Shown here: positions 8,043-16,330 of the stretch, piece by piece
How positions within the stretch are numbered: the first letter of the stretch is position 1
How the letters are laid out: every line of letters begins with the position of its first letter
IMG/VR virus record: IMGVR_UViG_3300011335_000091
Location: 1 to 25,513 of that record
Length of the DNA stretch: 25,513 nucleotides
Strand: one strand, 5' to 3'
DNA from: a virus
Taxonomy: Duplodnaviria > Caudoviricetes
Notes under the pieces: generated by a model
What the model saw: the letters and a program-made list of their open reading frames with translations, nothing else
Told to the model about the DNA's origin: nothing
Database searches by the model: none
Program-made: the position numbers and the translations under genes

Positions 8043-8441
8043 TTAGTCGTTTAACAATGGCGTTGTCACACATGTGAATGACAATGAAACTGTTTGTGCA
8101 TCAGGCGCTGTTCCACCTGCACTTGGCAGGATGGGTTGCACACTGAATGTGAAAACCGCACCGCTTGCAGCTGTCATTGCAACTGCCAATGGTGTCTGTG
8201 GTGCGCTAGTTGCGGCAGTCCATAATGCTTCACAAAGAGATGATCCAGCACCCCAGTCAGCCAACATTTCAACTGCAAATGTTCCCTGTGTATCGGTGGT
8301 GTAATACGCTTTGTTATCTAATGTCTGATAAGTGTTGATTGTTGAATCAACTGTTAGTGTGGCTGATGTTGCTTGGGCATCATAAACATCTGCATCAATA
8401 GTGAATGCAATTTGTCGCCCTGTGATGATTGTTGTTGGCAT
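8043..8441 (-). CDS. Major tail (tube) protein
   Basis: 132 aa Thr/Ala-rich beta protein in the canonical position; highly conserved with 22486-22887. Confidence 0.8.
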   Translation of the reverse strand: MPTTIITGRQIAFTIDADVYDAQATSATLTVDSTINTYQTLDNKAYYTTDTQGTFAVEMLADWGAGSSLCEALWTAATSAPQTPLAVAMTAASGAVFTFSVQPILPSAGGTAPDAQTVSLSFTCVTTPLLND

Positions 8442-8455
8442 TTCTTTGTTTCTCC

Positions 8456-8836
8456 TTAGTCTTGGTTATAATAGGTGCTGACTGATAGATCAGCGGTTAA
8501 AAGCGTTGATGCGCCCACACTGGTGATTGCTGGGCGTTGCACATCTCCGACAACATAACCATTGGGCATGACACCCAAAATTTGAATCACCAATTGTTCC
8601 AGGTTATCTAATGCGCCAGGATTGCTGTTGTATGCAACGGCTGCGGTAATAATAAAGTTAATTTTAACATTGACTGTTGCGCCACCAATTAGACGACTTT
8701 CCAAATAGGGTGCATCAGGCACAATCACACATGCTGGCGGGATTACCGCTTCGGGAACTGAGCCATAAACTGATGCGCCAACTGATGCCAGGGCGGTTGC
8801 CAGTTCATTGCGAACCTCTAAAATTGATGCACTCAT
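8456..8836 (-). CDS. Putative tail terminator / head-tail joining protein
   Basis: Position between adaptor and major tail; VPD.PYLES motif shared with unit B. Confidence 0.65.
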   Translation of the reverse strand: MSASILEVRNELATALASVGASVYGSVPEAVIPPACVIVPDAPYLESRLIGGATVNVKINFIITAAVAYNSNPGALDNLEQLVIQILGVMPNGYVVGDVQRPAITSVGASTLLTADLSVSTYYNQD

Positions 8837-9411
8837 TGTGCAATTGTTTCTGTTTCAACATACGGCAACAACAAAGCCATCACGCGGCTGGTCAATGATC
8901 TGCCCATTCTGTATGGTGTCGGTGCAAAATCTACGCCCTCAATTTGTCCACCTGGCGCAACAACTGATTGGAAAATTTCAGTGCTGACCACAAGTAGAGC
9001 ATTTTTTATTGCAGCTGTGTTTGCATAAAGATCAGCGGCACTAGACCCATCTAGAACCGCGACCCCAGCGGGGATGACTGGAATGGCTGAGAGTGAATCC
9101 GCTGCATCTACGCTTGCAGAGAATTGATACACATTTGATGCCCGAGCATCAGCGGTGTATGTATCGTCTAAGCCACCACAACCAGTCACAACGACTGATT
9201 GACCCTCTACGAAATAATTTGGTCGCACTGTTGTAAATGTAATCACATCATCAGTCACTTGGTATTCCTGAATTGCTGATGAATAAGAAACCAGCAATGG
9301 CAGGATTACCTGCTCACTGCTTTCAATAATCTGTTCCAAATATGCGTCTGAATACATGGTGACACTGACACCCAAAACATTGCGCAAATCGGTTGCGGTA
9401 ATTATGGGCAT
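8833..9411 (-). CDS. Head-to-tail adaptor (gp6/gp15-like) with internal insertion domain
   Basis: First gene after the capsid; IITATDLR..LG N-terminus, IK.A.L.V and V..LL.PY C-terminus. Confidence 0.7.
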   Translation of the reverse strand: MPIITATDLRNVLGVSVTMYSDAYLEQIIESSEQVILPLLVSYSSAIQEYQVTDDVITFTTVRPNYFVEGQSVVVTGCGGLDDTYTADARASNVYQFSASVDAADSLSAIPVIPAGVAVLDGSSAADLYANTAAIKNALLVVSTEIFQSVVAPGGQIEGVDFAPTPYRMGRSLTSRVMALLLPYVETETIAQ

Positions 9412-9434
9412 CAGTGTCCTTTCATGTAGTCGGC

Positions 9435-9463
9435 TGGGCTGCGTTCGGGAGAATCACAACCCA
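9435..9463 (-). promoter_or_regulatory. Post-capsid RNA hairpin with UUCUCCCGA loop
   Basis: UGGGUUGUG/CGCAGCCCA 9-bp stem; equivalent stem of different sequence at 23871-23900. Confidence 0.65.
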
Positions 9464-9474
9464 TGATTTAGATA

Positions 9475-11022
9475 TTAGGTAAAGTTGAATTTACGGGCAC
9501 CTGCACCAATTTTGGTTGCAATTGCGCCATAAGAATTTATTGAGATTTCAACTGTTCCGTCAGATGGCTTGTTTACATCTAAGCGGTAATTTGGTGACTC
9601 ATACCATGTGTATGAATTAGGCTCAACAACAACCATTGATCCATCTCCAGTGCCTGTGATCTCACCTGAGTTGTCCACAAAGAAATTCAATCCTGCGACC
9701 AAACCAATTTGTGATTGACCAGTTACCAAACCAGTTTGATTTGATGGCTGATAAGCATTAAATAAAGGTGCGCCTGAAACATTGTAGCCCATGATATTTG
9801 CCCACTGATCAGGTGAAACAATTAATGACCTGGCGAATCTTTGTGTTGATGAATAAATTGCTGCATTAGATCGTGATGTAAATGCAAGCAATCCCGCAGC
9901 TGTGTTTGCTGTTGGTGTTCCATCAGCGGTTGCACCTGCTAATAATGCTGCACCAACGGCTTTGGTTTGTGCCAATGCCATTGCTGATCCCATGATTGAA
10001 ATTAACTCATTAAAGAAATCAGGAGAACTACGCTCAATGATTTCTGTTGTCAGAATGTTGCGACCAGCATAGCGGCTGATACTCACATCCAGCATTGCGC
10101 TGGTAATTCCAGTATTTGAAACCGCACCTGATTCTGCAACGGCTGCAACTGTTGCAACGGCAGAAATTTTGGGAATCTGGAACTGAAGCCCAGCATCAGG
10201 CAAATTTCCGCGACTGATTGCATCAATGTTGGCGCGTGTTGCATTGCTTAAACCATTGATAACTTCATTTAACTGGCGTGTGGGATTGAATGCTGGATTT
10301 GTGCTGCCCAGGTCATCAGTTGCTGCTTTAACATATAGTGCTGAATCTGAGTTTGGATTCAATTGTGCTTTGATTGAATGCTCAACCCATGTTCCCATGT
10401 TTATGATTGGGTTTCTTGGCTTTGCATAAAACATTGGTGTTGATGTTGTTGCTTTGATTGCCAGTGATGCATCAACTGTTTCAGTTGGTGCGGCTGGTTC
10501 AGTAATTGGCTCTGACACTTTTTCTCCTTCGGTTGTTGGCTCTGTTTCCACAACTGTTGTGGGTTCAGAATTTTCCTCTGTTGCTGCCACTTTTGTGACA
10601 CGCGCTGATCTCACTGCTGGTTCAGATGTGAGTGCAACGGCTTGCAAATCTCCATTGATGATTTTCATTGTTCCATCCTTTAACATTTCGTAATCATTCA
10701 CCGCTAATTCAACGGAGAATCCGTCACGCAGTCCATCCATTGCTTCAACCAATGCATCTGTTCCAGCGGTGGTGTTGGCAATTTTAAATGTGGCATCAAT
10801 GGATTTATCAGAATTTAAACTCATGCTGAGTGTTTTTCCAATGCGCCTTGTTCTGTCATGCTCTAAATTAAGAAACACATCTTTTGGTTGAATGCTGCCT
10901 TTTGCAAAAATTACTTTGCCAGTGCTGGCGTTTGCCGCTTCATTGAATGCAACAATGCGCCCAGTTATGGTGCGACTCTCACTGTCAGCTGCGGTGATCT
11001 GCATTGGGGTTGTCAGTTTCAT
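9475..11022 (-). CDS. Fused prohead protease - major capsid protein (HK97-type)
   Basis: N-terminal protease motifs (LEHD...IG, DGFSVE, VALTSEPA), acidic Pro/Thr/Glu linker, then a capsid-sized domain. Confidence 0.9.
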   Translation of the reverse strand: MKLTTPMQITAADSESRTITGRIVAFNEAANASTGKVIFAKGSIQPKDVFLNLEHDRTRRIGKTLSMSLNSDKSIDATFKIANTTAGTDALVEAMDGLRDGFSVELAVNDYEMLKDGTMKIINGDLQAVALTSEPAVRSARVTKVAATEENSEPTTVVETEPTTEGEKVSEPITEPAAPTETVDASLAIKATTSTPMFYAKPRNPIINMGTWVEHSIKAQLNPNSDSALYVKAATDDLGSTNPAFNPTRQLNEVINGLSNATRANIDAISRGNLPDAGLQFQIPKISAVATVAAVAESGAVSNTGITSAMLDVSISRYAGRNILTTEIIERSSPDFFNELISIMGSAMALAQTKAVGAALLAGATADGTPTANTAAGLLAFTSRSNAAIYSSTQRFARSLIVSPDQWANIMGYNVSGAPLFNAYQPSNQTGLVTGQSQIGLVAGLNFFVDNSGEITGTGDGSMVVVEPNSYTWYESPNYRLDVNKPSDGTVEISINSYGAIATKIGAGARKFNFT

Positions 11023-12134
11023 AGTGCCATGTCCTCTTTTCTCATTATTTCATCAGCGGTCATTACGCCAATGCGGTTGTAGATTTCATAAATCTGAGCG
11101 CGTTCCAGGGCTGACCCGCGCAGGTAAACATCAAAGTCATGTCTGATCACCTGGGATGATGGTGTGAAATCAGGCATTGACAATCTTTGGGATATTGCAT
11201 CAGCAATTGGAATCAAACTGAAATCCAACAATGTTTGTCGGGCTGTAACTGCGTTTGAATAAGTCATTGATGACCCACTTGGTGAATCTGTGAAATATGC
11301 GGGAATGCCAACTGCGCGGCTGATCTCAGTTGCAATGTGTTCACGCGCTTCTGCTAATTGCAATTTTAGCGGATCAAAGCCAACTTGTTCCATTGTCACA
11401 TCAGCATTTAAGAATGCAGTTGTGCGGTTGCGCCTGGCAATGCCCCATTGATCCAATAATTTTGCAATGCGATCTGCGGGCAATGCTGTGCCATTTGATT
11501 TCAAAACCATTGATGGAATTGGCTCACGCGCATAATTCATTGCAGCGCGTTCCAACTCTGCACCTGTGCGGATGGTGCGACCTGCTCTATTTAAAACACC
11601 AACATCACCTGGATTGTAAAACACAACAAGGCTGCCAATGCCTGAGTCGGGCAATTTGTATCCACCATCTATTGTGTAGCCTGTTATCTCTGTGGCATCA
11701 GCATTAGTTTCAATTCCAACTCTGTCAGGTGCAATTCTTTGAACTGATCTGACTCTAAATGTGTCTGCATATAATTCTGTAACTTGCCAATACGCAAAAC
11801 CATAAAGCAAAATGTCTGATGCTGTCCAGGCATAGGTGGCTTGCCCTGGTAGTCGTGGATCAGGTGTGTCAATCACACGCGGTGCATCTAATCTCATGCC
11901 TGTTGATCTATCGCGCAGCACCAATGGAATGCTGGCAATTGATGAGCAAATAATTCCCTTTGCGCGTGATGCTGATGGGATGCTTATGAACTCTTGATAA
12001 GTTGCACTGATTGGTGTGTTGATAAATGTGTAAAGTGAATTTAAATTGTTAAGCGGTGCCAAATTAGTTGCGGCAACATCAGGTTCAATTGCAGCTGTTT
12101 TTGTCTGCACTCTAAATCTGTCAAGTATCGCCAT
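11019..12134 (-). CDS. Portal protein (HK97 family)
   Basis: D.LLYG.AYW, EISRAVGIP, TYSNA, I...LS and GVMT.DEI motifs; lies between terL and capsid. Confidence 0.92.
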   Translation of the reverse strand: MAILDRFRVQTKTAAIEPDVAATNLAPLNNLNSLYTFINTPISATYQEFISIPSASRAKGIICSSIASIPLVLRDRSTGMRLDAPRVIDTPDPRLPGQATYAWTASDILLYGFAYWQVTELYADTFRVRSVQRIAPDRVGIETNADATEITGYTIDGGYKLPDSGIGSLVVFYNPGDVGVLNRAGRTIRTGAELERAAMNYAREPIPSMVLKSNGTALPADRIAKLLDQWGIARRNRTTAFLNADVTMEQVGFDPLKLQLAEAREHIATEISRAVGIPAYFTDSPSGSSMTYSNAVTARQTLLDFSLIPIADAISQRLSMPDFTPSSQVIRHDFDVYLRGSALERAQIYEIYNRIGVMTADEIMRKEDMAL

Positions 12135-12160
12135 GTGCGCATTTTCTCAGGCGATTACCA

Positions 12161-13663
12161 CTACCCAATAAGAATGTCCACATCTGTGCTTGGGCGTGTC
12201 GCATAATGCGTTACCAGGGCAGTTGCCACCGCTGCACAAATTGCGGATTGGCTTGCCCGCCTACCCAAAACAATGCCCCCATCACCCCTGGTTAATTTGA
12301 CCGCTGACAACATTTGCAGGGTTAGCATCTCCTGGTTTCTGTGGCGCAACCTGCCCGCGTTAATTGCTGAAATCATCTCATCACAACTTTGTGGATAAAA
12401 TGAATCGGCTTCCATAATGGGGATTCCAGCGGGCTGCAACCTAGCCGCTACTGATGCGCTTGTTCGCCTGGAATAAATCAGAAACTCAATTGGGTATTTG
12501 CGGCAATAGGCTGATGCATCATTTGCGATCTCTTTATCATCTAGGGCAACGGCGTTTTCCCAGGTATGCAACAACTTAACAATGAACTGATCATTGGGTA
12601 ATTGCTGGGCTGCCACCAGTGCGCAGTGCCGCCTATCAGGTGAATGATCTAATGCCATCCATGTGATTTTTTCAGTATCTAAATCCAACTCAGGTGATTC
12701 ACATGATCTCCATTCAATTTCGCCAATGGCTGATGAGATAGTTGCCACCCAGCGGCTTAATACCTCAGTCATCAAAACCTCATGTGGATCATTAAGCAAT
12801 TGACCAATGTTGTCTGCATGGATTGTATGACCCAGGGCTGGCACTGCGGCAATTATGTTTGCAGGATCATTGATGTCATCACTTGGTGCTGACCATTCAA
12901 AATAGGCTATCTCATCACTGTTGCCCGCAGCTGCGGCAATTCCCCGATCCCTGATTTGATTTAAAACAACTGAGTGCTGATCACCCGCTGATGAATAAGC
13001 CATGATCATTGGATTCTTGGCGGCAAGCAATGAATAACGCAATGATGCAAATGATTCCAGGTCATGTTGTTCCCTCAACTCATCCAGGTGGACTGTGCTT
13101 GGCGAGGTGCCCCTGGCTGCGCTTCCACCTGCCTTGATTGCAAACCTAGAAACCCCATTTTTGTTTTGAACTGTTATTTCCTCATTGCCATGTGACCATT
13201 TGATGCGCTGCACCTTTTTGGATAATTCATTGCTGCCCTCAATCAAGCCAACCAGGGTGCGGAACTGTTCAAGTGATGTGGTCAGTCGGTGTGCTGATGC
13301 AATTTGCAATGGCTCATCAAATAGAAACATGCCCGCCAAAATTCTGACAAGCATCATGGTTGATTTTCCGCTTTGCCTTGAAACGACTGTGGCAACTAAT
13401 GGGGTTGCCCATCTACCATCAGGGCGCACTTTATGTGAGTGTTCAATAACGAATTTTTGCCAGGGCATCAATTCCAGTTTCAATGCAGCTGCAAAATCTA
13501 TAATTTCCAAACCCCTGGATGGTAAATCATTCAGTGGCGTGTGGATTCTTGGGGTCGGTGAGCCAATAAGCCCTGCTAATGACTGACTCAAAACCGATTG
13601 CGGCTTAATCATTACTGATGAGATTGGATCAATCGTGATCAATCCTGAAACATCCTTAGTCAT
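12161..13663 (-). CDS. terL: Terminase large subunit
   Basis: LMPWQ, Walker A VSRQSGKST, Walker B VHLDELRE, motif III YSSAG, C-terminal nuclease domain. Confidence 0.95.
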   Translation of the reverse strand: MTKDVSGLITIDPISSVMIKPQSVLSQSLAGLIGSPTPRIHTPLNDLPSRGLEIIDFAAALKLELMPWQKFVIEHSHKVRPDGRWATPLVATVVSRQSGKSTMMLVRILAGMFLFDEPLQIASAHRLTTSLEQFRTLVGLIEGSNELSKKVQRIKWSHGNEEITVQNKNGVSRFAIKAGGSAARGTSPSTVHLDELREQHDLESFASLRYSLLAAKNPMIMAYSSAGDQHSVVLNQIRDRGIAAAAGNSDEIAYFEWSAPSDDINDPANIIAAVPALGHTIHADNIGQLLNDPHEVLMTEVLSRWVATISSAIGEIEWRSCESPELDLDTEKITWMALDHSPDRRHCALVAAQQLPNDQFIVKLLHTWENAVALDDKEIANDASAYCRKYPIEFLIYSRRTSASVAARLQPAGIPIMEADSFYPQSCDEMISAINAGRLRHRNQEMLTLQMLSAVKLTRGDGGIVLGRRASQSAICAAVATALVTHYATRPSTDVDILIG

Positions 13664-13943
13664 GACTTTTGCTCACATTCATGGGGGTAAACATCCCATG
13701 GAGAGTCGGGGGTGTTAAAGCATCACTAAAAAACCGACCCCCTTTGCTTAAATTGCAGTTCTGACAAAGTTGCCGCAGATTCCACTCATCATCAGAGCCG
13801 TTCAATCGCTTTGGAATGATGTGATCGATGTGCATCTTGCCCTCTGTTGTGCCACATTGCTGGCAGCACCCATCTCTGGCCAGTATTCGCTCCCTAATCA
13901 CCCGCCACTTACGGCTTGACCCCTTAGCCCACGACCTGCTCAT
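13656..13943 (-). CDS. HNH endonuclease (unit B; C-terminal tail possibly derived from unit A)
   Basis: RD.CCQQCG...HIDHIIPK..NGSD..WNL..LCQNCN; start reassigned to 13943 (TGATG overlap, aligns with unit A MSKSW). Confidence 0.92.
   Translation of the reverse strand: MSRSWAKGSSRKWRVIRERILARDGCCQQCGTTEGKMHIDHIIPKRLNGSDDEWNLRQLCQNCNLSKGGRFFSDALTPPTLHGMFTPMNVSKSHD
13697..13716. repeat. 20-bp direct repeat, copy 2 (candidate cos, A/B junction)
   Basis: Identical to 61-80; palindrome usage changes across this point. Confidence 0.7.
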
Positions 13944-14407
13944 CAATGCCACCCATGCTTCTGCCAATGACGATAAGCATTGCACATTGATCCATGACGT
14001 GATTTGCAATACCGAATGCTCCAGTCAATCTGGCGATAGCCATCAAGCTCTCGATACTTAGGATTGCGCATCTGGCCTAAGCCGTAATGCGATCCATTGA
14101 TTGCATTGATATTCCAATGAGATTCAGCTGTTATCAGTTTGTTAAAGCACTGAAACTGTTGATAGTTAATAATCCTAGAATGAGCATATAGCTTCAAATT
14201 ATCTATGTCTGTCACTGCTTCCGCTGGTGTTGTGCCCACAATACATAGCGCGGCCAATAGCACCAGACTTCGCATGCGAGCTATCCGCATCAGCGGCTCG
14301 CCAGCGAGTATGGAGCGTACCGATGCAGTCAAGTAAGATGCAAGATTGAGCGTATTCTTGGGCGTTGCGCACACCCTGTGGATAATGCCTGTGGATAACT
14401 TATTCAT
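13943..14407 (-). CDS. Lytic transglycosylase (SLT-like); start uncertain (14407, 14290 or 14275)
   Basis: KLYAH...C...I..ES.WN..A.NGSHYGLGQ...QI.W...Y...RHG..C.A; homologue of 310-753. Confidence 0.8.
   Translation of the reverse strand: MNKLSTGIIHRVCATPKNTLNLASYLTASVRSILAGEPLMRIARMRSLVLLAALCIVGTTPAEAVTDIDNLKLYAHSRIINYQQFQCFNKLITAESHWNINAINGSHYGLGQMRNPKYRELDGYRQIDWSIRYCKSRHGSMCNAYRHWQKHGWH
14267..14309 (-). ncRNA. Putative structured RNA leader (unit B copy)
   Basis: UCGC..GCGAGC-CGC-UGAU-GCG-GAUA-GCUCGC..GCGA, same architecture as 653-692. Confidence 0.5.
14314..14343 (-). promoter_or_regulatory. Putative promoter TTGCAT-N18-TACGCT
   Basis: Homologous to 699-729. Confidence 0.5.
14377..14398 (-). 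promoter_or_regulatory. Two tandem perfect DnaA boxes (TTATCCACA x2), candidate replication origin
   Basis: TGTGGATAA at 14377-14385 and 14390-14398. Confidence 0.6.
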
Positions 14408-14889
14408 CTAACACGACCTAATCCACTTGATTCTAATACCACGCGATTTAATGATCCAAAAGCAAATAACATCGTTGAAGTCATTATGCTGGCGGGTGGT
14501 CGGCCCTGTGACCGCATAAACTTTAAAGAGCTGGGCAATGTAATTATTCCGTCGGCTTTATTCCAAAGCATATCAAACCACAAAGATTTCCCAACCGGTA
14601 AAAGTGCAATCCCATTCCCATGAGCTAGTAATTTATGCGCCCAAGGTGTTATTTTGGAATAAGGTGGATTGCACCAGACAAGGCCATTCCAAGGCGTTAT
14701 GAGGCCATCTTCGATAACGCTCAACGATTGTTTAGCCGGAATCCATGGCACGCCCCCAGCAGGAGCGCACACATCCATGTCAAATTCAACACCTAGAGCC
14801 TCAAATATGAATGGTGGTGTGTAGTGGTCATCGGTTGTGCCGTTATCAATCAAATCATGGCCAAAGTCCATGTCAAGGCGATCGCTCAT
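14404..14889 (-). CDS. Phage DNA N6-adenine methyltransferase (Dam-like), unit B only
   Basis: D..YTP..IF..L...FDMDVCA and VWCNPPYS (motif IV). Confidence 0.88.
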   Translation of the reverse strand: MSDRLDMDFGHDLIDNGTTDDHYTPPFIFEALGVEFDMDVCAPAGGVPWIPAKQSLSVIEDGLITPWNGLVWCNPPYSKITPWAHKLLAHGNGIALLPVGKSLWFDMLWNKADGIITLPSSLKFMRSQGRPPASIMTSTMLFAFGSLNRVVLESSGLGRVR

Positions 14890-15068
14890 AAGCTCAACCC
14901 TGAAACCTTTGCATCATCAACGACTTTGATGCCCATTGCTCCACATCCCAGACACGTACTGAACCATTCATGAAGCGTTAGCTCTGACGTCTTTCGGATG
15001 CCATGACGTTGCTTTGCTTTGCCGTAAAGCTTTGCGCAGATTGAACAATCAAATTCAAGTATTGGCAT
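14886..15068 (-). CDS. Small Zn-ribbon protein
   Basis: FDCSIC...TCLGCG; homologue of 804-1022. Confidence 0.75.
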   Translation of the reverse strand: MPILEFDCSICAKLYGKAKQRHGIRKTSELTLHEWFSTCLGCGAMGIKVVDDAKVSGLSL

Positions 15069-15543
15069 GGATGGATTTCCTTAACGTCTCAATCGGTTGA
15101 AGATTGATTTGACTGACCCAGTAGCCGCCTTGAGCTGAGTGAAACCTTGGCCGCTTTGCAACGCCCACCGGTATCCAGCCCATGACGTAATAGCTGGGTG
15201 ATTCGCCTACGACTAACACTGCGATGTCAGTATCACGATCATCTTCGCTGATGATTAAGTGACCGCGTTTGTGTGGCGTTTGTTTGACCTCGATAGCAAT
15301 GCCGTTCCAATAGACATCCGGTTCATTCTTGAATGTATTGACTGTCGGCACAAAGTCGGCAACGCCAAAGTATCTTGCCACTGCCATCTCAGCTCCAACA
15401 GCTTCTGAGTGAATGACAACGGCATTGTGAAAGTTGCCTTTGTTGCCTTGGAATTTGGGATTAGATCCATAGCGTGATTCTCTGGCCAGCCCAGCTGAAT
15501 GTGCAATGATTTCATCTTCACGCGATAAGCGCACCATAATCAT
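15055..15543 (-). CDS. Conserved phage protein, possible PD-(D/E)xK nuclease-like fold
   Basis: Homologue of 1003-1503 (AEMAVA, PTVNTFK, IEVK, AVLVVGE, WVSQINLQPIE). Confidence 0.7.
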   Translation of the reverse strand: MIMVRLSREDEIIAHSAGLARESRYGSNPKFQGNKGNFHNAVVIHSEAVGAEMAVARYFGVADFVPTVNTFKNEPDVYWNGIAIEVKQTPHKRGHLIISEDDRDTDIAVLVVGESPSYYVMGWIPVGVAKRPRFHSAQGGYWVSQINLQPIETLRKSIHANT

Positions 15544-15731
15544 CGGCACTCCGCGCAGAACCAAATTATCTTTTCGTTACCAAATCCTTTTTGATAACCA
15601 AAGTCATCAAATTTGACCAGCCTTGAGCATTTGTCACATTGCTCGACTTTGTAGGTTGCGATGATTACGCCATCTTCCATGAGTGTGCAAGTCATGGTGC
15701 GTGGATTGATTATTTCGACTGGGCCGCTCAT
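15540..15731 (-). CDS. Small Zn-finger protein (CDKC...CAEC)
   Basis: ATGA-coupled at both ends; positional counterpart of 1500-1691. Confidence 0.7.
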   Translation of the reverse strand: MSGPVEIINPRTMTCTLMEDGVIIATYKVEQCDKCSRLVKFDDFGYQKGFGNEKIIWFCAECR

Positions 15732-16330
15732 ACTTGAGGCTTCCATTTGCCATCGCTGCTCATGACTAGCCAATTCGGATCACACTGCTCTGGCCGTTTC
15801 TCAATGCAGCTGTAATTAGCCCAAGGCTTGCCAGTCTTTGCAGTGCCTTCTCTGAATACACGCTTGCCATGCTTGCATTCTTGCAATGAATCCGGTGTGC
15901 CAGCTGCATCGGCTTCTTCTCGCGTCTTAAACGACGGCACTTCACCAAATTTGGTCGTCCAATAATCATAATCAAGGTCAGTTTTTGCAACGGCAGTTGG
16001 TAGAGCTTCAATCTGCTCCATCGTCTCGCGGGTCGTGCGCTCTGCACCGCCCATAACAAGCTGCATGACTCTAAGAATTGCAGATGTGCAAGTGTCCTCA
16101 ACGAACCAGCGTTTCATGTTCTGAACGTATGCGCCTTGATAGCCATAGGCATGGTCAATGCCGGCTGGGTGTGTGTCATCTGACTGGCGAAATGCTTTGG
16201 CCTCAATCAGCACAAATCCCTTTTCAGCATCAAATTGCACAATGCGTGTCTCAATGCGTCCGGCTGGATAAGTTGCAAGCCAGCGATCTGTGCGAGCGCG
16301 AGCGGCCTCGTAGCCGTCCAAGAACCCCAT
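15728..16330 (-). CDS. Putative ssDNA-annealing/recombination protein
   Basis: LDGYE...R...YP.GRIET, ED..TSAI.R and CKHG...C...C motifs; homologue of 1693-2229. Confidence 0.6.
   Translation of the reverse strand: MGFLDGYEAARARTDRWLATYPAGRIETRIVQFDAEKGFVLIEAKAFRQSDDTHPAGIDHAYGYQGAYVQNMKRWFVEDTCTSAILRVMQLVMGGAERTTRETMEQIEALPTAVAKTDLDYDYWTTKFGEVPSFKTREEADAAGTPDSLQECKHGKRVFREGTAKTGKPWANYSCIEKRPEQCDPNWLVMSSDGKWKPQV

Larger units (their letters stand above)
61..13716 (-). mobile_element. Unit A: apparently complete miniature siphovirus genome (13,636 bp between the two copies of the 20-bp junction motif)
   Basis: Contiguous, translationally coupled minus-strand set terL-portal-capsid-tail-lysis-early genes-SLT-HNH, bounded by identical 20-mers at 61-80 and 13697-13716. 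Confidence 0.85.

Noticed and set aside
12390-12398. Perfect DnaA box TGTGGATAA in terL
   Set aside because: A single copy inside coding sequence (FYPQ), plausible by chance.
61-13716. 20-bp repeats as attL/attR of an integrated prophage
   Set aside because: No integrase, tRNA or host genes are visible, and the repeat sits at the expected packaging-site position; not fully excluded without flanking sequence.
13944-14009. Longer ORF-track starts for HNH-B and several other genes (1536, 1865, 2413, 7193, 15564, 15773, 16542, 22112, 23279)
   Set aside because: Alignment between units, stop/start overlaps and RBS positions support the shorter starts.
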